The notes: generated by a model from the letters alone, not told the origin. 64,000 bases of DNA from Candidatus Marinacidobacterales bacterium (GCA_965219415.1 CBDCNP010000002.1:1696001-1760000); one strand, 5' to 3'. Numbered from the stretch's first letter, positions 21,096-31,376 are shown. Translations and numbers: made by a program.

Positions 21096-21650
21096 TTCTT
21101 CGGCCTGGCTACCACCGAGACCTTTCCCCCTTTCATCGAGACTCCGAAATCGACTTTCTTGTAGCCGCCACTCTGGAGTTGCTTCGCTTGTTTGGAAAGA
21201 ACCTTGCGGAAGCTATCGTAGTTCAGGTTGGTGGTGGACTGCCCCGCCTTCTCCTTGGCGGCAACGTACTTGTCGAAGATCTTCCGAAACTCGTCTCCCT
21301 TCTTCCCCATGGCAGCTTTACGTGGTGGTCCGCCCGCAATGGGAGACGGTGCAGGAGCCCGCTTCGACCGCTCCTCGCGTCCGGTGGGGAGTCGCCCTTC
21401 TTCTTTGAGCCTCACGCGTCGGTTCCACACCTCGCTGTACGTCGTGAATTTGGCCTGGTGCATTTGGAATACCGATTGCTCAGCCAAGTTTTGCGGAGGG
21501 TTCCGGGCGCAATTTCGAATGATGTCTTCGACTTCTCTTCTTGGTTACCTGGGGTGGCTGTTTGAGAGCTCCCGAGAACCACTGCTCGTACTCGGTCTCC
21601 AGCTGTTTCATGCCCCGTTTGAATTTTTCCATGTCCTCAAAGAAACCCAC
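21092..21650 (-). CDS. MXAN_5187 C-terminal-domain-like protein, +1 frameshift near 21533
   Basis: GGAGG SD then GTG 21650 gives MGFFEDMEKFKRGMKQLETEYEQWFSG..; removing 1 nt joins it to ..VEDIIRN..FDKYVAAKEKAG..YDSFRKVL..VDFGVSMKGGKVSV. Confidence 0.7.
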
Positions 21651-21659
21651 GTGCGCCTC

Positions 21660-22073
21660 CTACGTTTGGCTCTCTTCCTTCCGGAAGAACCAGAAGAAAG
21701 GCAACCACAGCTCGCGTGCGTATGGCACCTTCTTGTCGTTCACCAATATCTCGCAGCTGGGATATTCTCCGACGTAGCCAAACAAACGATGAAGCTCCTC
21801 CACCTCGTTGACGGTGTAGGTCGCGTAGTGGCGTAGCCATCGATCCCGACCCTCCCTACGATACCGCAGGGCGCGCTCGGCAAGGGAGACGGCCTCCGAA
21901 TACCTCGGATCATCTGACGGGCCAAAAAGCACTGTAAGTGAAAAGTCATTAGAGGCCGTTTCCGGATAAAGGATCTCCACCATCTGTGGGTCCAGATGAG
22001 AGATGTCCCCCTCCCGACGCTCGATGATTTCGGGAAGTCTTTCGATGTAGTTCTTCGCCCGGTCTTGCGCCAT
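21660..22073 (-). CDS. Conserved hypothetical protein
   Basis: SD-like AGGA and ATG; ends KVPYARELWLPFFWF; operonic spacing with the next gene. Confidence 0.7.
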   Translation of the reverse strand: MAQDRAKNYIERLPEIIERREGDISHLDPQMVEILYPETASNDFSLTVLFGPSDDPRYSEAVSLAERALRYRREGRDRWLRHYATYTVNEVEELHRLFGYVGEYPSCEILVNDKKVPYARELWLPFFWFFRKEESQT

Positions 22074-22151
22074 GATCCTTTTTGCTATGTTAGAATGCTA
22101 CCTGGAAACGCTAACTATTGTCAACGACAGCAGTTCCCTCGGATCTCGACT

Positions 22152-23561
22152 ATGGGCACCGCATCGGCCGGCGACGTCGGCCAGCTCCTAAGACGCCTCC
22201 CGAGCGTCGAAAAACTCCTCGCCCGAGACGGCTTTCGTAAACTCGAGGCCGAGTTCGGACGAGACTCGCTCGTCACCGCGACTCGCTCCGCTTTGGCAGG
22301 GCTACGGGATGCGGTACGTGATGCGCGAATCGATCAGAGCGGTTTCGATCGAACGCTTGCCTCAATGGAGAGCTCAATAAGAAGCCAGCTGGCTACGGCC
22401 AGCGCGCCTTCCTTGGTCTCTGTGATCAATGCCACCGGCATCATCGTACACACCAACCTCGGTCGAGCGCCGCTCGCGCCGTCCGCTATTGCGGCGGTCG
22501 CCCGCGTCGCGAGCTCCTACAGTAACCTCGAGTACGATTTGGCGACGGCCAAGCGCGGCCGTCGCGAGCAACACGCGGTCCGGCCACTCGAGCGTCTTTT
22601 CCCGGGTTTTGACGCCTTGGTGGTCAACAATAACGCCGCGGCCGTGCTGCTCACCCTCAATAGTTTCGCGGCTTCGAAGGAAGTGCTGATCTCTCGCGGC
22701 GAACTGGTCGAGATTGGCGGCTCCTTTCGAATTCCCGACATTCTGGAGAGAAGCGGAGCTCGGCTGCGGGAGGTCGGAACAACCAACAAGACTCGAATCG
22801 AAGATTACGAATCCGCGATCGGACCGGATACCGCCGTAATCCTCCGTGTCCACCCATCCAATTTTCGAATCGTGGGCTTTACCGAAGCGGCGTCGACCGA
22901 AGAGCTGGTGGCGATGGGCGAACAGCGGGGGGTCCCGGTGATCGAGGACTTCGGAGGCGGCAACCTTCTCGCCCTCGGCTCTTACGGACTGCCGAACGAG
23001 CCGACCGTGCAGGCCAGCCTTGCCGCCGGTGTGGACTTGATCACGTTCTCTGGAGACAAGCTCCTGGGCGGTCCACAAGCTGGAGTCCTCGTCGGACGCT
23101 CAGAGAGTGTGAATAAGTGCCGGGAGAACCCGTTGGCGCGCGCGCTGAGAGTAGACAAACTCACCTATGCGGCGCTGGAGGCAACGTTGGTGGCCTTCGT
23201 TCAAGGCAAAGCGGCGGAGCACATTCCCGTGCTCCAGATGCTGTCCACTCCGATCTCCGAAATAAGATCCCGCGCTCGCCGTCTTGCGAAGTCTCTCGAT
23301 GACGTAAACGGGCTCGAGCTGTCGTTGCTCGACGGAGCCTCCAAAGTCGGCGGAGGCGCTGCACCGGAGGCCGAGATTCCAACCTCTTTGGTTGGCGTTC
23401 GCGCGAAGCATCTCTCGGCTCAGTCGATCTTGGACCGCTTGCGTGGTCACGATCCCCCGGTGATCGCGCGCATCGCAGACGACCAGGTGCTGCTAGATCT
23501 GCGAACGGTGAGTCCCGCGGAAGAGGAAGCGCTGACCTCGGCATTGAGGGATCTGGCGTAG
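22152..23561 (+). CDS. selA: L-seryl-tRNA(Sec) selenium transferase
   Basis: Motifs VINATGIIVHTNLGRAPL, VNNNAAAV, SRGELVEIGGSFRIPD, EVGTTNKT and FSGDKLLGGPQAG (PLP lysine). Confidence 0.97.
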   Translation: MGTASAGDVGQLLRRLPSVEKLLARDGFRKLEAEFGRDSLVTATRSALAGLRDAVRDARIDQSGFDRTLASMESSIRSQLATASAPSLVSVINATGIIVHTNLGRAPLAPSAIAAVARVASSYSNLEYDLATAKRGRREQHAVRPLERLFPGFDALVVNNNAAAVLLTLNSFAASKEVLISRGELVEIGGSFRIPDILERSGARLREVGTTNKTRIEDYESAIGPDTAVILRVHPSNFRIVGFTEAASTEELVAMGEQRGVPVIEDFGGGNLLALGSYGLPNEPTVQASLAAGVDLITFSGDKLLGGPQAGVLVGRSESVNKCRENPLARALRVDKLTYAALEATLVAFVQGKAAEHIPVLQMLSTPISEIRSRARRLAKSLDDVNGLELSLLDGASKVGGGAAPEAEIPTSLVGVRAKHLSAQSILDRLRGHDPPVIARIADDQVLLDLRTVSPAEEEALTSALRDLA

Positions 23562-23566
23562 CAGAT

Positions 23567-24982
23567 CTAGAAAAGCTCCAGTGCTGCACGGCGCGCCGCC
23601 GAGATCAGGGGTCCGGGATACAATCCCAGAACCAACGTCGCCAAACAGCTCACCAGCAACGGAAGCCGTAGATTCCAACCGAAGTGGAGTCCCGGATCGG
23701 GTGCCGGAGAGCCCATATACAAGACCATCACCACACGCAGATAGTAGTAGACGCTGACCAAGGTGTTGATGACCGCGATCAACACCAAAGCGATATGTCC
23801 CTCATCGATCGCAGAACTGAACAAATAGAACTTCCCAACGAAGCCCACCGTGGCCGGAATGCCGGCCAGTGATAGCATGAAGACACTCATCGCGAACCCA
23901 GGAAGCGGGTACTTCCATCCGAGGCCACCCCAGCCTCGGATGGACAAGTTGTCTTCCCCGCTCTTCCCGAAAGTAATCGCGACCGCGAAGGCACCGAGGG
24001 TCATGAACGTGTAGCCAGCGAGATAGAAGAGAACCGCCGTCCTACCCGTCACACCTCCCGCGATCACACCTACCAGTACGTAACCTGCTTGCGCCACGCT
24101 CGAGTAGGCGAGTAGACGTTTTATGTCATCTTGAGCGATCGCTATGAGGTTTCCGATGGTCATGCTGAGGACCGCGAGCAACCACAAAACGAGCTTCCAC
24201 TCATCGCTCAAAGAAAGTAGTGCGCCCGTGACACGAACTAGGGCGCCGAAGGCAGCCGCCTTGACCGCAACCGCCATGAAGCCGGTAACAACGGTAGGAG
24301 CCCCCTCGTAAACGTCCGGAGCCCACATGTGGAACGGCACCGCCGCGACCTTGTAAGCGAAGCCCACCAGTAAAAGACCGAGAGCGACGACCGGAAGCGC
24401 CCCCGGCTCGCCGGCTCGGGCGATGAGGGCGGTTTCGATCTTTGCGAGGTCGGCACTCCCAGCCGCCCCGTAAAATAGGGCAATGCCGTACAAGAATAGA
24501 GAAGAGGCAAACGCTCCATAGAAGAAATACTTCAAAGAGGCTTCTAAAGACGAACCTCGGTCGCGCGACCAACCGGTAAGTACGTAGAACCCCACCGACA
24601 TCGTCTCGAGAGCCACGAACATTAAGACCAGGTTTCTCGTCGAAACGAGGAGCAGCATTCCTGCCGCACTCAATAGAGCCAACGCATAAAACGCCGGCGC
24701 TTCCTCCTTCTGACGGTCGAGAGCAACTTTGGCAATCGGTATGCTGAGAGCCAGGCCGGTCAATACGATGAAACTCAAGAAAAGACTGAACGCATCGGAG
24801 TCCACGAGACCGAGCGAGCGGAGTCGATGCCCCCACAAACGAAGGCCAGCAAGAATACAGATTACCGTCCCGAGCCATGCCAGCCCGGCGGCGGGAAAAC
24901 GAGTCCGGCCGGCACCCCCTACACCAATGACCGCTGCGGTGACCACCAAGATGAGAACCGGTACCAGCGCGCCCAGCCCCAT
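23567..24982 (-). CDS. nuoN: NADH-quinone oxidoreductase subunit N
   Basis: Motifs EASLKYF, YKVAAVPFHMWAPDVYEGAP, KRLLAYSS and SLAGIP. Confidence 0.96.
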   Translation of the reverse strand: MGLGALVPVLILVVTAAVIGVGGAGRTRFPAAGLAWLGTVICILAGLRLWGHRLRSLGLVDSDAFSLFLSFIVLTGLALSIPIAKVALDRQKEEAPAFYALALLSAAGMLLLVSTRNLVLMFVALETMSVGFYVLTGWSRDRGSSLEASLKYFFYGAFASSLFLYGIALFYGAAGSADLAKIETALIARAGEPGALPVVALGLLLVGFAYKVAAVPFHMWAPDVYEGAPTVVTGFMAVAVKAAAFGALVRVTGALLSLSDEWKLVLWLLAVLSMTIGNLIAIAQDDIKRLLAYSSVAQAGYVLVGVIAGGVTGRTAVLFYLAGYTFMTLGAFAVAITFGKSGEDNLSIRGWGGLGWKYPLPGFAMSVFMLSLAGIPATVGFVGKFYLFSSAIDEGHIALVLIAVINTLVSVYYYLRVVMVLYMGSPAPDPGLHFGWNLRLPLLVSCLATLVLGLYPGPLISAARRAALELF

Positions 24983-25004
24983 GTTCGATTCCCTCTATTC
25001 CCTC

Positions 25005-26492
25005 TTATTCGATGCCGGACGCGCCCGTCACTCGGGAAACGAAAAGCTCCACCGTACCGTCGAGCGAGCGTAGGAAGGTGCCGGGCGCGACTCCCATCCA
25101 CACGATGAGGACCACGATCGGAAGCAAAATAGCCGTCTCGCGACGGCTCAGATCCCTGAGGCCCTGGTTCGCCGGATTGTCGACCTTTCCCAACATCATC
25201 CGCTTGTACATCCAAAGAAGGTAGATCGCGGCCAGCACCAGTCCAGCCGCACCGGCGATGGCATGCGGTCTGGCGGTTTCAAAGGCACCCAGCAACACCA
25301 AGAACTCTCCCACGAACCCGTTGAGCCCAGGCAACCCCATCGATGCAAGGAGGACGACCAGGAAGAGGCTTGCGTATAGGGGCATGACTCGTTTGAGCCC
25401 CCCGAACTCGGAGAGCAGGCGGGTGCGTCGACGCTCGTAGATCATTCCCACCAAGAGGAAGAGAGCACCGGTGGACAACCCGTGACTTACCATCAGGAAG
25501 ATCGCGCCTTCCACGCCCGCGACATTGAACGAAAAGATGCCGAGCACGACGAAGCCCAAGTGACTCACGCTCGAATAGGCCACCAGTCTCTTGACGTCCG
25601 ACTGCACCAAGGCCACTAAGGCCCCATATACGATACCGACCACCGCAAGGGTCAAAATCGCCGGGGCATAAGCTCGAGCTCCTTCTGGGAACAACGGAAT
25701 CGCGAATCTCACCAGACCATAGGCACCCATCTTGAGAAGAATGCCGGCCAATATGACGCTCCCCGCGGTGGGCGCCTCCACATGGGCGTCGGGAAGCCAA
25801 GTGTGAAATGGAACGAGTGGTATCTTGACCGCGAAGGCGGCGAAAAAAGCAAGGAACAACCAACGCTGCAAGCCGTCGCTCAATACCAGCCCTTGCCAGA
25901 GCCGGATGTCGAAGCTGCCCCCACCGCTTTGCAAATCGTGAACGTGGTAGCAGTAGATGATCGCTACCAGCATCAGGACGCTCCCGCCCATCGTGAAGAG
26001 GAAGAACTTGATGGCCGCGTAGATACGGCGCTCTCCCCCCCAAACTCCTATGAGGAGATATATCGGAATCAACGTCGCTTCCCAGAACACGTAGAACAGG
26101 AAAACGTCCAGGGCTGCGAAGACACCGATCATCAACGATTCCAGAACCAATATGAGTACATAGAACGCTCCGACCTTCTCCTCGATGGAATCCCAGCTCG
26201 CAAGGACGGCGAGCGGTGTCAGGAACGTCGTGAGCAACACCATCAATAAGCTCACGCCATCGATACCCAGCAGGAAGGAAATACCCAATTCCGGAATCCA
26301 TCGATAGGACTCGACGAACTGGTAGTCGGCCTGAGCAGGATCGAATCGGACCCACAAGAGTAGCGACAAAGCGAAGACGATGAGGGAAGAGATTAGGGCA
26401 ACCCGTCGAGCCGCACCCTGCCGCCGACCTAGAATCCCAACTACCAGCGATCCGATTAACGGCGCAACGATGAGGAAGCTCAGGAGATTCAT
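25005..26492 (-). CDS. nuoM: NADH-quinone oxidoreductase subunit M
   Basis: Motifs FYVFWE, VKIPLVPFHTWLPDAHVEAP, LKMGAYG and GFVGEF. Confidence 0.97.
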   Translation of the reverse strand: MNLLSFLIVAPLIGSLVVGILGRRQGAARRVALISSLIVFALSLLLWVRFDPAQADYQFVESYRWIPELGISFLLGIDGVSLLMVLLTTFLTPLAVLASWDSIEEKVGAFYVLILVLESLMIGVFAALDVFLFYVFWEATLIPIYLLIGVWGGERRIYAAIKFFLFTMGGSVLMLVAIIYCYHVHDLQSGGGSFDIRLWQGLVLSDGLQRWLFLAFFAAFAVKIPLVPFHTWLPDAHVEAPTAGSVILAGILLKMGAYGLVRFAIPLFPEGARAYAPAILTLAVVGIVYGALVALVQSDVKRLVAYSSVSHLGFVVLGIFSFNVAGVEGAIFLMVSHGLSTGALFLLVGMIYERRRTRLLSEFGGLKRVMPLYASLFLVVLLASMGLPGLNGFVGEFLVLLGAFETARPHAIAGAAGLVLAAIYLLWMYKRMMLGKVDNPANQGLRDLSRRETAILLPIVVLIVWMGVAPGTFLRSLDGTVELFVSRVTGASGIE

Positions 26493-28387
26493 TGGCTCCC
26501 CAGTAACATCCAACCCACGAGCACCATAGCCCCGCTGAAGAGAATAAAGAGATAAAACCGCAATCTACCCACTTGTGATAGCCGCAAGACCTCGCTACCC
26601 AGATTTACGACCCGACCCGATCCGTTGAAGAAACCGTCCACGATCGCATTGTCCACCGATCGCCAAAGCACGACTCGCGACACAAAGAGGAACGGACGCA
26701 CCAACAACACGTCGTAGAGCTCGTCGATCCAGAACTTGCGTTTGATGAATCGATACAAAGGACCCGCGCCGGACGCCACCCGCTCCGGAAGAGCGCGGTC
26801 GACAAGATAGAAATATCGGGCCAGCAACAGGCCGCCTACCGCGACCACGATGTTCAAGAGCGTCAAGCCGATTTCCGCCGCAAGAGAGCTGGGCGCTGCT
26901 CCCTTGACCGCAAGATAGGGAGCCAGAAACCGCTCGATCCAACTGTAGTGAGGAAAGCCGATGAACCCGACGAGGACCGATCCCGCAGCCAGTAGCAGCA
27001 GGGGCCAAGTCATGGACGGAGGTGACTCGTGGAGGCGCCGCGACTCTTCCGCGCTGCCTCGAAAGCGGCCCTCGAACACCAACGCCCAGACGCGGCCCAT
27101 ATAGAAAGCAGTCAAGAAAACACCCGCGACACCGACCGCCCACAACAAGATGTGTCCCTCGCGGAATGCACTCCAAAGCACCGCGTCTTTGCTGAAAAAA
27201 CCTCCTAGCGGCGGTATTCCTACCAGAGCCAGCGTTGCGATCACGAAGGTTCGGTACGTGATAGGAAGCTTGTCTTTGAGCCCTCCCATCTTGCGAATAT
27301 CACTATCACCCGCCATCGCATGCATGACGCTTCCCGCCACGAGAAACAACAACGCTTTGAAGAAAGCATGGGTCACGAGGTGAAAGATGGCCGCACCGAA
27401 CGCTCCCGCCCCGCAGGCGAGGAACATGTAGCCGAGCTGGGAAATCGTGGAGTAGGCAAGAATACGCTTGAAATCATCCTGAGCGAGCGCGATGGTCGCC
27501 GCGTATAGAAGAGTCACCGCTCCGATGGCACCAACGAGTGCAAGCGCCAATGGGGCCTCCGCGTACAAGGGCGCGGTGCGCGCCACCATATAAACACCCG
27601 CGGTCACCATGGTGGCGGCGTGAATATAGGCAGAAACCGGTGTAGGACCTTCCATGGCGTCGGGTAGCCATACGTAAAGCGGGATTTGTGCCGACTTGCC
27701 GATCGCTCCGACAAAGAGGAGAACCCCGATGATGCTCAGCAGAGCCGTATCCTGAGTGGGAGCCAAAGGAAGGAACTCACCGAAGCTCACGGTGCCGAAC
27801 GTCACGAATGTCATTAGGATGCCGAGAAGAAAGCCGACATCACCAATGCGGTTCACGATGAGCGCCTTCATGCCCGCGTCCACCGCCGCCTTCCTCTCGA
27901 ACCAAAAACCGATGAGCAGGTACGAGCAAAGCCCAACCGCCTCCCAACCTACGAACATCAAAAGCAAATTCTCAGACAGCACCAGCAACAGCATGCTTGC
28001 CGTGAAAAAATTGAGGTAGGCGAAAAAACGAGAGAAATCTTTATCCCCGCTCATGTACCCGAGCGAGTAGACGTGAATCAGCAACCCCACTCCGGTCACC
28101 ACCAGGGAGATGATGCCCGACAGAGGATCGAGCACCAGGGCGGCCTTCGCGGTGAAGGAACCCGCCACTATCCAATCGGAGATCTCGGCGGTAACCGAAC
28201 GCTCGCCTTCGGCCATGCCGAGCACGTTGGCGAATCCGATAACCGCCAGCGCGAACGAGGCCCCCACCGATCCACAAGCCAATTTTCCCGATGACGAATG
28301 GCCAAGGCGACGCCCGGCGACTGCCAAAACGAGCGCCGATAGAGCCGGGACTAGGGGAATCAGAAGCAGGCGGGCGGTGGTTCCCAC
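26489..28387 (-). CDS. nuoL: NADH-quinone oxidoreductase subunit L
   Basis: Motifs GWEAVG, NRIGD, GKSAQIPLYVWLPDAMEGPTPVSA and HAFFKALLFL. Confidence 0.97.
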   Translation of the reverse strand: MGTTARLLLIPLVPALSALVLAVAGRRLGHSSSGKLACGSVGASFALAVIGFANVLGMAEGERSVTAEISDWIVAGSFTAKAALVLDPLSGIISLVVTGVGLLIHVYSLGYMSGDKDFSRFFAYLNFFTASMLLLVLSENLLLMFVGWEAVGLCSYLLIGFWFERKAAVDAGMKALIVNRIGDVGFLLGILMTFVTFGTVSFGEFLPLAPTQDTALLSIIGVLLFVGAIGKSAQIPLYVWLPDAMEGPTPVSAYIHAATMVTAGVYMVARTAPLYAEAPLALALVGAIGAVTLLYAATIALAQDDFKRILAYSTISQLGYMFLACGAGAFGAAIFHLVTHAFFKALLFLVAGSVMHAMAGDSDIRKMGGLKDKLPITYRTFVIATLALVGIPPLGGFFSKDAVLWSAFREGHILLWAVGVAGVFLTAFYMGRVWALVFEGRFRGSAEESRRLHESPPSMTWPLLLLAAGSVLVGFIGFPHYSWIERFLAPYLAVKGAAPSSLAAEIGLTLLNIVVAVGGLLLARYFYLVDRALPERVASGAGPLYRFIKRKFWIDELYDVLLVRPFLFVSRVVLWRSVDNAIVDGFFNGSGRVVNLGSEVLRLSQVGRLRFYLFILFSGAMVLVGWMLLGSQ

Positions 28388-28400
28388 TCGGATCTGCTCC

Positions 28401-28721
28401 TCAATACCTGAGACGGCTGTGATCGTCTACGTTCATGGTCTCTTGTCGACGATGCAAAGCGATGAGGATTGCCAAACCCACCGCGGCCTCGGCCGCTGCC
28501 ACCACGATGACGATGAGTGCAATGGCCTGGCCTTCGAGGTTGCCGGCCAATCGGGAGTACGCTACGAAAGTTAGATTGATCGCGTTCAACATCAGCTCGA
28601 TGCATAGGAAGATGCTTACCAGGTTGCGGTGGAAGAAAAGCCCGGACGCTCCGATTACGAATATGAGTGCGGAGACGACCAAATAATGTTGGACCGGCAC
28701 GCTTAGCGCCTCACCAGCCAA
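28401..28721 (-). CDS. nuoK: NADH-quinone oxidoreductase subunit K
   Basis: Motifs IELMLNAINL and VAAAEAAVGLA. Confidence 0.96.
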   Translation of the reverse strand: MAGEALSVPVQHYLVVSALIFVIGASGLFFHRNLVSIFLCIELMLNAINLTFVAYSRLAGNLEGQAIALIVIVVAAAEAAVGLAILIALHRRQETMNVDDHSRLRY

Positions 28722-29197
28722 GTCGTCCCCACCAGAGCCACAAGAATAAGGATGGCGGTCGCTTCGAAGGGCGCCACGTAGTCGGTAAGGAGGAACTCAC
28801 CCAAGCGAGCCGCGGTCCCCTTCATTGCCTCGTCCATTGCTTCATTCGGGACGGAGGGTGAAGTCCGAGCCGCGACCGTGCCCAAGACCGCGAACAGGAC
28901 CAGCCCAACCGGCAAGGCCGCCCAGCCGAGCCGTCGAGGACAATCATCAAACGGCGTTTCCCCGCCGAGACCGAGCAACATGATCACCAGCAAAAACACG
29001 ACCAACACCGCCCCCGCGTAAACGATCATCTGAACCGCGGCGACAAAGGTGGCCCCTAGCTGGGCGTACAGTCCGGCAACACCGAGAAGGCAGACGATGA
29101 GCGCCAGCGCACCGTAAGCGGGACGGCGGCTTGCCGCGACCCCGATAGCCGCCACAACGGAGACCGAGGAAAAAAAGTAGAAGATGGCGCTTTCCAA
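28703..29197 (-). CDS. nuoJ: NADH-quinone oxidoreductase subunit J
   Basis: Motifs VQMIVYAGAVLVVFL and YVAPFE; TTG start at 29197. Confidence 0.93.
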   Translation of the reverse strand: MESAIFYFFSSVSVVAAIGVAASRRPAYGALALIVCLLGVAGLYAQLGATFVAAVQMIVYAGAVLVVFLLVIMLLGLGGETPFDDCPRRLGWAALPVGLVLFAVLGTVAARTSPSVPNEAMDEAMKGTAARLGEFLLTDYVAPFEATAILILVALVGTTWLVRR

Positions 29198-29207
29198 CGC
29201 AGCGACC

Positions 29208-30488
29208 TCAATGAACCGCAGAGACGGGGCAACTCTGTTCCCGTACGTGCAGTTCGTATTCTTCGCTGAAGTGGACGAGGGTGCTGATAACCGGTGCGAC
29301 CGCGGCATCGCCAAACGGACAAAGCGACTTGCCGGCAATGTTGTCGGAAACATCCGAGAGAAGTGCGATGTCTTCTGGCCGTCCTTGACCCTTCTCCATG
29401 CGATCCAAGATCCTCGCCAGCCAGTCCGTCCCTTCGCGGCAGGGCGTGCACTTACCGCAGGACTCGTCCCGATAGAACTCCATGAGCTTCCCGGCGGTCC
29501 AGACCATGCAGGTCGTCTCGTCCATGACGATCACCCCCGCCGACCCCAGCATGGAACCGGCCGCGACCAAGGAGTCGAAATCCATTCGGGTATCCAAGTG
29601 CTTGTCGGTCAGGACCGGAACCGATGAACCTCCCGGGACCACCGCCTTGAGACGATGGCCCTCGCGAATGCCTCCACCATGCTCGAAGATGAGCTCTCGC
29701 ATCGGCACGCCGAGGGGTAGCTCGTAAACGCCGGGGCGACGCACGTGTCCGCTCAGACAGTAAAGCTTGGGGCCGGTGTTTTTCTTGCTACCGATGGAAC
29801 GATACCAGTCGGCGCCGCGCGACACGATGTGGGGCAAGTTCGCCAACGTTTCGACGTTATTGATGGCGGTGGGACAACCGAAGAGCCCGACGCTCGCCGG
29901 GTACGGGGGCTTGACCCTGGGAAGACCGCGCTTGCCTTCCAGCGACTCCAGCAAAGCGGTTTCCTCACCGCACTCGTACGAGCCGGCACCGCGGTGAACA
30001 TACAACTCGCAGTCGAATCCGGAGCGTTCGATGTTCTTTCCGACGTAACCGCGTTCTCGCGCCTCGGCCAGCGCCCGTTCCAAGATCTGTTCCTGCTCTC
30101 GAAACTCCCCGCGTATATAGATGTAGCAGACACGCGCCGCGACCGCGTAGGCGGCGAGCAGACAGCCTTCGATGACCAGGTGCGGATCGTTCTCCATCAA
30201 ATAGCGGTCCTTGAAGGTCCCGGGTTCACTTTCGTCAGCGTTGCAGATCATATAGTGAGGCCGAACGTCTCGGGGTAGGAACCTCCACTTCACGCCGGTT
30301 GGAAACCCTGCGCCGCCGCGACCGCGCAGCTCGGAACGTTCGACCCATTCGATGAGCTCGTTGGGGCTGAGCTGAGACAAGGCACGACGGAGCGCCTGAT
30401 AACCTCCTTGCGAGAGGTAGACGTCGATGTTCTGAGAATCGGGTATCCCGGCGTTGCGGGTTAGGATGGGCTCGAACGACGAAGTCAT
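29208..30488 (-). CDS. nuoF: NADH-quinone oxidoreductase subunit F
   Basis: Motifs LRGRGGAGFPTG, NADESEPGTFKDR, GAGSYECGEET, ESCGKCTPCREG and CPFG. Confidence 0.97.
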   Translation of the reverse strand: MTSSFEPILTRNAGIPDSQNIDVYLSQGGYQALRRALSQLSPNELIEWVERSELRGRGGAGFPTGVKWRFLPRDVRPHYMICNADESEPGTFKDRYLMENDPHLVIEGCLLAAYAVAARVCYIYIRGEFREQEQILERALAEARERGYVGKNIERSGFDCELYVHRGAGSYECGEETALLESLEGKRGLPRVKPPYPASVGLFGCPTAINNVETLANLPHIVSRGADWYRSIGSKKNTGPKLYCLSGHVRRPGVYELPLGVPMRELIFEHGGGIREGHRLKAVVPGGSSVPVLTDKHLDTRMDFDSLVAAGSMLGSAGVIVMDETTCMVWTAGKLMEFYRDESCGKCTPCREGTDWLARILDRMEKGQGRPEDIALLSDVSDNIAGKSLCPFGDAAVAPVISTLVHFSEEYELHVREQSCPVSAVH

Positions 30489-30958
30489 GAGAGTTCGGAG
30501 AGAATAACTGCCAACTTCTCTTCGCTGAGATGGCCCTCGACGCGATCGTTGAGCTGCATCATCGGAGCCCTTTCGCACGCACCGAGACACGAAACCGGCG
30601 TGAGCGACACTCGCCCGTCCGCGGTCGTTTCCCCCGTTTCGATACCCAATCGTTCTCGAAGCCAACCGAGGATCCGCGGTGCGCCCAGAAGCGAACAGGA
30701 AAGGTTGGTGCACAATCGAAGGTCGTGGCGTCCAGCTGGTTGGAGCCGGAACATATCGTAGTAGCTCGCGGTCTCCAACACCTGGACGGGAGAAATCTCC
30801 AGCAGGCCCGCGACGTACTCCATCGCCGAGGGGCTCAGGTAACCCTCCTGTTCCTGAACCAACCACAGCGTGGGCAACAATGCGGCACGCCGATACTCGG
30901 CGGGATAGTGGTCGAGAATCTTTTCGAACCGGGCTTGATTCCCGGGAGTGAAGGTCAT
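30485..30958 (-). CDS. nuoE: NADH-quinone oxidoreductase subunit E
   Basis: Motifs ALLPTLWLVQ, CTNLSC and CLGACERAP ([2Fe-2S] N1a); start is ATG 30958 or 30982. Confidence 0.95.
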   Translation of the reverse strand: MTFTPGNQARFEKILDHYPAEYRRAALLPTLWLVQEQEGYLSPSAMEYVAGLLEISPVQVLETASYYDMFRLQPAGRHDLRLCTNLSCSLLGAPRILGWLRERLGIETGETTADGRVSLTPVSCLGACERAPMMQLNDRVEGHLSEEKLAVILSELS

Positions 30959-31227
30959 GTCTTTCCCCGCAGGTGGTCCCATCTCTTCCGCCCCCGCAAG
31001 ACGTTGTGACGCGTGGCGGTTCCGCACTCCGGCGCCTCAATGCGCGCGTTCGCGCGCTTGGCGCCTCGCTCTTCCATCAATGCCGCGGGGCCCCACCGCC
31101 GTCTGGCCACCTCGTTCGATGGCACAACGTAGTGTGACGGCCACCACGATCTGAAAGCCCGCCTGGCTAGCTCCGGTGAAAGCAACCACTCAATTTGGCG
31201 TCCGGCAGCGAGTTCGCATGCGCTCAT
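30955..31227 (-). CDS. Small hypothetical protein heading the nuoEF-JKLMN operon
   Basis: GGAGGG just before the ATG; ATGA stop/start overlap with nuoE; no recognised domain. Confidence 0.35.
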   Translation of the reverse strand: MSACELAAGRQIEWLLSPELARRAFRSWWPSHYVVPSNEVARRRWGPAALMEERGAKRANARIEAPECGTATRHNVLRGRKRWDHLRGKT

Positions 31228-31302
31228 CGTCCCTCCGCCGACATGCGGCTGCGGGACGGCTGAGGGCTCCTAAGTATGTGCCAATTCAGTAAGAAACGGG
31301 CT

Positions 31303-31376
31303 AATATAGACTGCCCGTTCTGCGAGTGTCAAGACGTGAGGGCCTACTTGACACAATCGGGTACCGGTTGCAAAAT
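31303..31376. promoter_or_regulatory. Back-to-back divergent sigma70-type promoters
   Basis: Minus: TTGACA (31332-27) N18 TATATT. Plus: TTGACA (31348-53) N17 CAAAAT. Confidence 0.6.

Noticed and set aside
25279-26355. Long alternative-frame and antisense ORFs (e.g. 25279-26355, 58669-59667, 43439-44311, 711-1499)
   Set aside because: They are shadow ORFs over well-supported genes, typical of GC-rich DNA, with no motifs.
29208-31040. 610-aa NuoF and 689-aa NuoG in the ORF track as novel fusions
   Set aside because: The extensions overlap nuoE and nuoD in another frame; the real starts are ATG 30488 and ATG 49460.
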